The notes under the pieces are model-generated. The model made no database searches. It saw nothing but the letters and a program-made list of their open reading frames with translations, and was not told the origin of the DNA. Of a DNA stretch of 64,000 nt, positions 1 through 10,599 are shown one piece after another. Each line of letters opens with the position of its first letter. Positions within the stretch are counted from its first letter, which is position 1. Origin of the DNA: Chrysomallon squamiferum. Taxonomy: Eukaryota; Animalia; Mollusca. Both the position numbers and the translations under genes were made by a program. Location of the stretch: the NCBI GenBank assembly GCA_012295275.1, contig CM022675.1, positions 1,550,001 to 1,614,000 of the forward strand, read 5' to 3'.

Positions 1-255
1 AATTAAATAACACAAAGATTATAAGATTTAGATATGACTGTTACAAATTTAAAACATATCTATTTTTAAAAGGGAATACAGGTAGAAAACACTAAATGAT
101 TGACGTACGTGCATTTAATCGTGTTTAATACTATCAGACAAGTTTGTGTTCTCTTTTAGCTCGCTAACCTCTTTTATCATACAGATAATTCATCCTCGTG
201 GTTTTCTTAGTCACAAATTTGACCAAGAAATCAACCAAACAAAAAATAAAAAACT

Positions 256-326
<71 letters not shown>

Positions 327-517
327 AGAAATGTATGTATACAGTAGTTATGACTTCACATGACATATGATTTAAAGTCGGTGATGTATTGAAGCCATCT
401 TTTTTTTTTCTTATCACAAAAATAGTGAAAAGCTTAATACACATTTTTACATTTCTTTCGAAACACATCACACGGTTAGAATGTTACAATAACAAGGTAC
501 GTTCAATTCGCATTTCC

Positions 518-566
<49 letters not shown>

Positions 567-1396
567 TGTATTTTACTTCAATAAATGTATAAGTCACTAA
601 TTTTATATTTTGTGATACGTCAGCAAATGTATATTATGTACACAGTGCTGCTACTATTACTACTACAACCACTACTACAAGTGCTACACTAACACTAATG
701 TTAATACTAAGACTCATTTTGGACCAGTGAATGTATGGTAATATATACTTACATACTTATATAACGTCTTTTGTCATTGTTTTCTTTCTAAAAGTGCACA
801 GTAGTAATGTTACAGTGACATAAGTTAATACACAGACTGTCTCTGAGAGTTCCAGGCATTTCATTTAAACAGTAAATTAACAACACGACAATAAATAAAG
901 TTTTGTCATAATTAGATCTTCTGATGTTTGATTACAGAGTAAAGAAAACACATCTTATCATAGCGGGGATTACGAGATGACACGAAATTGTATTTTCAGT
1001 CGAGTGGTGTAAACAGTCAATTAACATCACAGTAGAGAACAAAGAATTAATACTTGAATGTATCTGTTAACATGTAATCTTTGTTTTCTGATATTATTTC
1101 AAGTAGAACAGTTTACTATCTATTAATTTATTTTTACACATTGTTTCAGCCACATTAGTGAGTAATATATTTATATTTATTATTTAATTTTATTTTATTT
1201 TATTTTTGTTGCATTTTATTACTTTTAGTTTGATGAAAAATAAAACATTGTTTGCCAAACACAGAGGAAATATAAAAAAGGATCAGTACAACAAAAATAG
1301 TTTATTTATTCTCTTCTCTTCTATTCTATTTTCTTCTACTTTACCTTAGTCTAAATGTATCTGTGTTATTTATATATTTACCATATTAGTACTGCG

Positions 1397-1529
<133 letters not shown>

Positions 1530-2439
1530 ATTATTAGAAACACTTTTTACCAGTTGTATGTGTCTTATGGATGTCCAAAAATAGATCGTAGATTTCTTTG
1601 ATTCCTGTTTTACAGCAAAGCTGATTTATTTAAAATTAAAGAACAGTTAAACATTCACTCTCAGTCAGTTGTGTGTGAAGATCATCTTGACATTTTCCTC
1701 CATAACTTATTTCTTTATGTGTGATAATTTTGTATGACATTTTTTATTTTGAATCAGGTTACCTGGATATCTATATTAATCATGCTTGAGTACCCACCTA
1801 CCTACCAACCTACACTCTTTCAGTGTATACACCTATGCATCTATCTGCTTCTTTATATATCTGTTTTCTGTGTGTCTATCTATACCTCTGTTTTTCAGTT
1901 TGTTATTGTTGTTCATTTCAGTATATTCTATTCCATTTCAGGTTAGCGCTATTTTTTATTATTATTTTCAATTCATTTTATTATTATATGTTAATTCTCT
2001 ATGATACTTTTTCTGATTAGTTTATTTATTTATTTATTTATTTTTGAGACACAAGCTGATACTTTTCAGATATTTGTAACTGTGTTTAAGAAAATATTAA
2101 GAAAATAGACTAAAACATCGTCTTAACATTATCTAACTCTTGCAGGTGTTACAATTGTAAGTCTCTCATTTGTGTGTAGATAATAATACATGGAATCTTG
2201 TAGCTTTTGTTAGACATACAAACAGTTTTACCTCGAGACATCTCGCGTCTACTGCTCTACGAAAATGCTTCACTGGTCGTGAATGGCTTGCTGTTTGTTG
2301 GGTAGTGTTCTGTGTGTGATTGTGTGTGTGTGTGTCTCTCTGTCTGTGTGTGTGTGTTTTAATTTCCTGATTGCATTAATATTTTACTATAAAAGCAGGT
2401 GATATTTTGTGAGTGAAATTTAAAACTTATGTTAATACA

Positions 2440-2660
2440 TATGTACATTACTTGAGTCAGTGTAATTTGTATAACTTCTTTAGTGTTCACCTTCTGTAAA
2501 TACATATGTACATTATTCACTAAATGCAATTTGTATAACCTCTTTAGTGACCACTTTCTGTAAATACATGTGTACATTACTTCAGTCAATGTAATTTGTA
2601 TGATAACTTGTTTATGTCCACTTTCTGTAAATACATATGTACATTACTTCAGTCAATGTG
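2440..2660. repeat. ~65-bp minisatellite, ~3.5 copies
   Basis: Unit ctttagtgtccactttctgtaaatacatatgtacattacttcagtcagtgtaatttgtataactt. Confidence 0.85.
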
Positions 2661-3080
2661 TTTGTACAGTTTCAGGACGTGCAAGGACATCTGTAAATGT
2701 GTCTGTTATAATGTAATGATATTTTCACGTTACTATATATTCGTGAAGTGAATCCAAGATCATCTGGCGTCTTTTTCATCGGATTTAATCTCATTTATGG
2801 CTTCTGATTTATCTCATGAAGTAGCAAACATATGCAAATCATCTTAAAAGCTATTTCAAAAGAGCAAGTATCTGATCATAAAACACCAACTGAGAAGCTC
2901 TATTAACTTTGAATTCTCGATTGGTCCATACACTCACCACTGCAACTCGGCTTGTTTAACTTCAACAGTGACTGTACCAGCTATTACATAGCAATCAAAT
3001 TAGAACATTTTGTAAGGGGTCAGTTTGCGCCAATTCTCCAGATTTGTGTGTACTATTTTTTGTTTATGTATGTATGTCTG
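2660..3080 (+). promoter_or_regulatory. Putative promoter / non-coding first exon of copy 1
   Basis: Non-repetitive block conserved upstream of all three ATG exons. It has an ATTGG (reverse CCAAT) at 2920-2924 and a conserved GTAAGT donor at 3080. The ATG exon has an acceptor (ttcttttcag) 12 nt before the ATG, implying an upstream non-coding exon. Confidence 0.5.
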
Positions 3081-3385
3081 TAAGTACGTATGTAGTAATG
3101 CATATTGGTGGGTACAACACATACATTTATAAAACTACGATGTTAAGAAAAAAATGTGATTCATAACAGTTAATGATTGTGTTAATACTCTATTGTTTTA
3201 TGACGTATGTTTGATTATCAGAAAGCACCTATATTTGACAGGTACACACAGACACACATAAGCATACACAATACTATTCATAAATTATAACATCAAAGGT
3301 ATTTATTTATTTATTTATTTTTAATTTATTAGTTTGTTTTTTTGTTTGTTTATTTATTTAATCTTCTTTTCAGTATAAAGTAAAT

Positions 3386-3670
3386 ATGTGGATATCTTTC
3401 GTCTATCTGCTACTACTAAGTTGTTCCATCACTCTAGGTAACTTTATTTTCGTATCTGTTTCTTTATAGAAATATTGTATGTGTCTGTTCTCACAAAAAG
3501 AAGGGGAATTTGAAAAAAGTTCACACAGTGGAACAAGATATTAAAAACAAATACATCATTCAAATTATAACATTAATATTTTAGAAACGATTCCTTTAAA
3601 TGACGATATATATTTTTTGTTCTGCCTAGTTAAATAGGGTTCAGAACAAGACGACTTCAGTAATTAAATA

Positions 3671-3703
<33 letters not shown>

Positions 3704-4117
3704 ATCTGAAGAGTGAAATCATTTAAGAAAACTATATAATTCAGATAAATGAAAGAAAATAATTATTAATATTTCTAAATAAATAAATAAATAAATAAAC
3801 AAAACAAATTTGAAACAAAAAGTTTGGTGACTGTATAATATCGATATGCTGCTTTCTTTATTTCATACTGGTCAAAGCAGTTGTCATGTCTAGTGGTTAT
3901 CTCCACATTATTCTTCCTAATGTCTATTCTCTTCTATTTTATTATTATTATTATTATTATTATCATTATTATTATTATTATTCCTTCTATCTCTATTGGC
4001 ATTTAAAGTAAAATCCGTCACCATATATATTGTTTTCTTTCTTTTATTTAATAACAGTTTTCAGTCATGAAAGATATACAATGTTAAAAGGTTGTACTTG
4101 TTTATTAATCTTTGTAC

Positions 4118-4192
<75 letters not shown>

Positions 4193-5126
4193 CATCATTA
4201 TCATTATTATTATTATTACACAATATATTTGTCTGATTTATTCACAATTTTCAGTTATGAAAGTTCAGTTCTAAAATGTTGTACTTGTTTACAGGTGAAG
4301 AGTACTTCGACTGCAGACGACAGGGTCAGGATTGTGCTAATAATAAAACTTGTCAAAATGACGGCACCTGTGACTGTGGAAATGACTACACTGGCTACAA
4401 CTGTGAGCTGGAGACAAGTCAGTATTGTAATTCTAATATGTCAAGTGTGGGTAACTGCAATAATATGTTCGAAAAACAACAAGAAGATAAGGTAGTTTTG
4501 TTGTTGTTTTTTTTCTTTATTTTCATATCATGACAGATACGAAATTTGTGTTTCCAGGTTTGAGTGGTTCAAGTCCATGTACCAATCAGACTGACTCTTG
4601 TGGCTCTGATGGAGGTATCTGTTACAACAATAATGGAAACAAGGCGTGTTTCTGTCCACCTGGTTTCTATGGTGACCACTGTGAAAACAAAAGATGTGAG
4701 TAATTCATACTACTTAACAAAATAATACTTATTTTTATATCTACCACTGTTTTAATGTGGCAGTGAAGTGTAGATGATATTCCAATTGTTTTCAGTATGC
4801 TCATTCATTATATATATGCACATATGTAATATATATGTGTATGTGTTTATATTAACTTAGATTACTGTTATTTACTAAACTTTTCACCTCCCAGTAATGT
4901 AAAATAAATAAATAAATAACAAAAAGTACAATAGTAAGATAATATTTAATTTTATAACAGGTTTAAACTCTTCCACTAAATACAGTCAGATTCATTTTTT
5001 CATTAAATTAACCTGAGAGGAAACATTCAATATAAAAAATATAATTATTTGACATCAAATATGCTTTCTTTTATATTGAATGTTTATTATTATAAGTAGT
5101 ACTAATAGTAATAGTAGTAGTAGTAA

Positions 5127-5197
<71 letters not shown>

Positions 5198-8100
5198 ATA
5201 GTAGTAGTATCACAATCATCATGATTATTCCTGCTAACAAATACTAATCTTAATATTTGCAGATGATGTTTCCTGTCAGAAAAGTTCTATGTTGATTATG
5301 ATTTATCCTTCTGGAACATTCAATGGTGTCGTCTATGCTAAAGGTGGAAAAGACACACCAAGTTGCAAATTCACACCATCAGCTCCATCCTCGGGAAAGC
5401 AGGGCGTGGCTCTTAATGTTAAGGATAGTGAATGTGGAGGGGTGACTCAGGTCAGTTCTTTTCATTTTTTTATACTTCTTATTTTCCTTTTTTTTTATTC
5501 AATTTTTCTTAATGAAACATATTTAAATACTTAGCTACTTCCATAAATTGTTTAAATAAAACAGATTTAAACTTCCTGTTATTTGTAGAATTATAATATT
5601 TGTTGTTAACTTTCTACAAAGTGGTATTAGACATTGATTGAACATAACTTGTGTAATTGTGACTCGTTCTTAAGGTAAATCGAGGTCGAATTCGTGATGT
5701 GATCATTCAATTCAGTGAAATGTACATGACAAACCTCGACACAAAAGTCAGTGTCAGTTGTAGTGAAAAAAACAACGATGCCATAACCGTGACTGTCACC
5801 AAAGTGATAACAACCAAAGAAACTGAAAGGTTGGTTATACATATTAGTATTATTAGTAGGAGTAGTAGTAGTAGTGTTATTATTATTATTATTATTATTA
5901 TATTTTTCTTTCTTTCCTGGAATGTCTATAACTTTACTTACAATTGTGGTTACTACTGAATTAACATTTCCGTGAAGATGAAATTAATGCACTCAACATT
6001 CCATTTCAAGTATCAATATTTTTAGTTTGGGATATTACACATAGAAAGGGTGGGGGGGGTAATTTGTATACAATTATTAATATGGTGAACAGTTTGGACA
6101 TCTGGGATACCTGTTGATGTTATTTTACAGAGACACACTGAAAACCACAAACACAGTCAACTCAATAGACTCCTCGCTTGTCCAGTTCAACATCAACCTC
6201 AAAGACGGGTCTCTAGTTTCAGAATCAGAAGCTGTCTCTTTAGATGAAGAACTTACATTTGAGTTTACTACAAGTAGGAGCAACTTGTTTCTAACGTATT
6301 CTTCATTGAAATTATAATAATAATAATAATAATAATAATTATAATAATAGTAATAATAATAATAGTAATAATAGCTGTAATTAATTAATTCTGATTTCGC
6401 ATCATCGGCGGCTTTTCCTTTTTTTTTTTCCTTTTTTTGGCGCTTTAGATTTATTACTCATTTATTCATTTATTTTATTTTTATTCTCAGATTTGACAGA
6501 ACAGCTAGTAGAGAAGATTGCCGACATTGAACCAGGTAACAAATATGTACGGCATTATAACTACAAACATTAATTATTTACTTTATGTTGCTGAATTGTT
6601 TCAGTGTTTATTATTGACTTAAAACTGTCGACTTTCTCATTTTCAAACTACTCACAAACAGCTCGTAACGAATTCTTGGGAATTTCCTTTGAAATATTAT
6701 TTATGTTTATTATTTCATTATAAAGTGAGTGTTCGTCTAGTTGATGGTAATACAACTAAAGAAGGTCGAGTAGAAGTTTTGTACAAAGGTAAATGGGGCA
6801 GACTGCAAAGTAATCATTTCTCCTACTATGAGGCAACTGCTGTTTGTAGAACTCTGGGTTTCAACAAGTAAGTTAATAGCAGATAGTTCTGATTTTTCCT
6901 GTAGTTCTACCTTTCGAAGCCCGTATTTTGCAGTATTCTGAATGGAAATTTCTAAATGAAGAAATATAAACTAATCTTGTATATAATATCGAAGTAAAAC
7001 TATATAAGAGAAACCATTGTGGGTGGGTGTCTGTAAACAAGTAATTAAAATAGCAATAAAATAGAGAAGTAAACAAGTAAATGAATGAATAAATACATAA
7101 AAATAATATCGTCTATATGTGTGTGTTAACACTGTTCTTACAATTAAGTGTCTATCGTACAGCGCGTTTGGTATGCCACGTGGTAAAGGAGTCTTCCCAG
7201 AAGGAAGTGGACACATTTGGAAAGGTGATTTACACTGTCTTGGATATGAAATTGACGTAGATGATTGCAATAAATGGAGGATTACTGACTGTAGTGATGG
7301 CTGCACTGGAGAAGATATTGGAGTTATATGTGATGGTAAAGAAATATTATTATCATCATCTTCATCATCATCAGCACTGTTATCCTTATTATCATCATAA
7401 TTGTTGTTGTGGCTGTTCAGTGATGAAGATTTAACTTTTTGTTTTGTTCTACTATAACAGAAAATCCTACACCATACAAACTCAGACTCGTGGGTGGAAA
7501 CAGCAAACAAGAAGGAATCCTTCAAGTACTGGCTGATGAAAAATGGAATACAGTGTGTAACAAATACTATATTGCTGACGTTGTGTGTCGGCAAATGGGT
7601 TATGCAAAGTTAGTAAGTCTTTTTAAACGCAAACATTCAATTTAAAAAAAATAATAATAATAATAATAAAAACAACGACGACAACACCAACAACAATAGC
7701 AACAAAAACAACAACAACAACAACAACAATAATAATAATAATAATAATAACAATAATAATAATAGTAATAATAATAATAATAGTGATGATAATAATAAAA
7801 ATAATAATTAGTGGTAGTTGTAGTAGTAATAGCAGCAGTAGTATAGTAGTAGTAATAGTAGTATTACTAATGTTATCGTAAATACATATATACGCACAAG
7901 GCCACATAAGCACGTTTACATATACATAGAAAATATATTGATATAAATTTCAACATTTCTAATGAAAACTAGGATTTGTAAATACAAATTTCCTGTGTTA
8001 CTCTGATATTTGTTTTACGACTGTGGATCAAATCTATCATTGTGAGTAAACGACGTCTAGTATTTTACTTCTTATTATTTATGATTTTTGTTTTCATCAA

Positions 8101-8936
8101 CGTTTGCTTTTCTAATACTACACACTGTCCTACCACTGAGATATATTTTTGAATAACCTTTTACTTTTATTTTTATTTTGACTGCGTTTCTTCACAGATC
8201 AGAAATCTATGTTAATACTGAAATAGTTACTGGAAATATATGGAAGTATCAGCTTTTCATCCTTGGTTATGAACCTGCTGTGCATTTGTCTTTTCTCAGA
8301 CTTCGGAATGAAGAGAGTCAATGTCAATCTGTACATATTAGGTGTTCAGGTATTAATGTTAAAACTGTCAGTTTCGGTTACTGTCCAATCTTTATCAAAT
8401 AACACTAGCGACTTATACAGAGAAAACAGTTTAGGATAGAAGAAAACTTAATGTTCTCATATGATTTTGATCAAGTTCAGGCACTACGAAAAACATCCAA
8501 CTACAGATTACACTCTTATTATAACAGTAACAGTTGTTTACTGCAGATTCCAAAATAAAATAAAAAATTAAGAAATAAATAATAAAAAATAATAATAAGC
8601 TATGTATACATGAAATATACAAAAAAAAGAGAATGCATTGATTTTATTGTTATGTTTGTTTTCTAGTGGACGTATCAAACATTGAATTACGACTAGTTGG
8701 TGGTCCAGACAGTAACTACGGTGTCGCTGAAGTGAAAATAAACAATGTCTGGGGCAGAATGTATGATGATTATCCTACGTCAACAGTTGCTAGAGTTTTA
8801 TGCAGAACACTTGGATATAACGAGTAAGTAGAAACAGAATGTAATATTAAAGCAGTTAAATATCACTTGACACCATGTACTAATGCTAATAAAGCTAACA
8901 AAGCTAATAATGATGATGATGATGATGATGATGATG

Positions 8937-8997
<61 letters not shown>

Positions 8998-9808
8998 TAA
9001 AATGACATCCATAATAGCATTTAAACTGATATAAAAACTGACATAATTACTCTATTTAAATTGATGTACATTTTATGTATTTATTTAAAGAAGTTATAGA
9101 GCAATATTACTGAGTGAACGTGAGCATAATCTGACGTCAATCAACAAAAAGATTTGGACACAAAAGTGTGTTTTGTTCAGGACTGGAAAAGAACATTAAT
9201 GAGTGTTTCCTTAGACTTAGTGAAAATGAAGATCATGAGAAGTACACAGCCCTGCTGTGTTCAGGTAATGTGTTTTAGACAGCAGTCACTAAACATCTAC
9301 CACATGTTTAATCATTTCTTCTATGGAGAATAACATTCATTGTATTAGAGACGAAACACAACGAAATTAATAATGTGATAAAATGTAAGTGAAAAACTGT
9401 GTGTATGTGTGAGATGACAAGAAATTTTAGTTTGTTATAGGCTTTTGTTTCTTACTGCAGAGGATAAAGCAGAAACTGAAATTCGTCTTGTGAATGGCAG
9501 TTCAGAACGAGAAGGTCGAGTAGAGATTAAATATCTTGGAATGTGGGGCACAGTCTGTGATAAATATCATACTGATTACAACGGAGCTGTTTACTGCAGA
9601 ATGCTGGGTTTCACTAAGTAAGTTATTAATAATGATTATTATATCTGCGAAATGAAGCAAGTTATTGATACCGATTATTGTAACAGCTGCTTACTAAGTC
9701 GTTGATAATAATGTTTATTTCAGAAATCTAGCTCTGACTGAATAACTAATTAATAATAACTACGATCTTCAGCCTACTTGTTTTCGTTTTATTTTTACAT
9801 TTGTTAAA

Positions 9809-9857
<49 letters not shown>

Positions 9858-10542
9858 ATATTTATTATTATTATTATTATTATTGTTGTTTTTTGTTGTT
9901 GTTGTTGTTGTTGTTGTTTTTCGTAATATGTTTTATTGTTTTGACAATTCTCTGTATCGTTTCAACATTTTTAATGATTATTATTATAACAATTGTCACT
10001 ACTAATAATGATCATTATGACAGCTATTTACTACAGAAAACTTGATTTGAGATAAGTTATTAATCACGACTGTTGTAGCAGCTCTTTACTATAGCACTGT
10101 AAGCTGATTAGTAACGATTGTTATAAATGTAATGATAGTAAAGAAATATATTTTCAAATGACTCATTCCGTGCTTTACAGTTCAAATGCTACAGCTGTTG
10201 GTCGGGCTCATTTTGGTGAAGGATCAGGGCCTATCTTTCTGCGTAATATTCACTGTTTGGGAAATGAAACGAGTCTTGAGCAGTGTAATTTTCAATGGGG
10301 TAATTTTCGATGTGACCATAGAAACGACGCTGGCATCAAATGTGCAGGTAACACTAACCAAGTGCTGATCATTACATTTCTATTTTTACCAGCTTTGAGC
10401 TTGTTATCACTTGTTATTTACGATATTATTATTTACGAAATATCAGAATGAAACGTTAACATTATAAAACTAATTTAAATCTTTTTGGGCTAAATTTCTG
10501 TCATTTCTCTTTTCGCCCAGCTACTGAATTCCATGAGTATAA

Positions 10543-10599
<57 letters not shown>

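Noticed and set aside
6971-7594. 207-aa minus-strand ORF (also 54207-54558)
   Set aside because: It is the antisense shadow of SRCR exons 9-10 plus simple repeats. It is broken in copy 3 and absent in copy 2.
6491-10347. SRCR exons as an independent nested gene
   Set aside because: They have no start codon, signal peptide or terminal exon of their own. They are on the same strand and phase-compatible with the host exons in all three copies.
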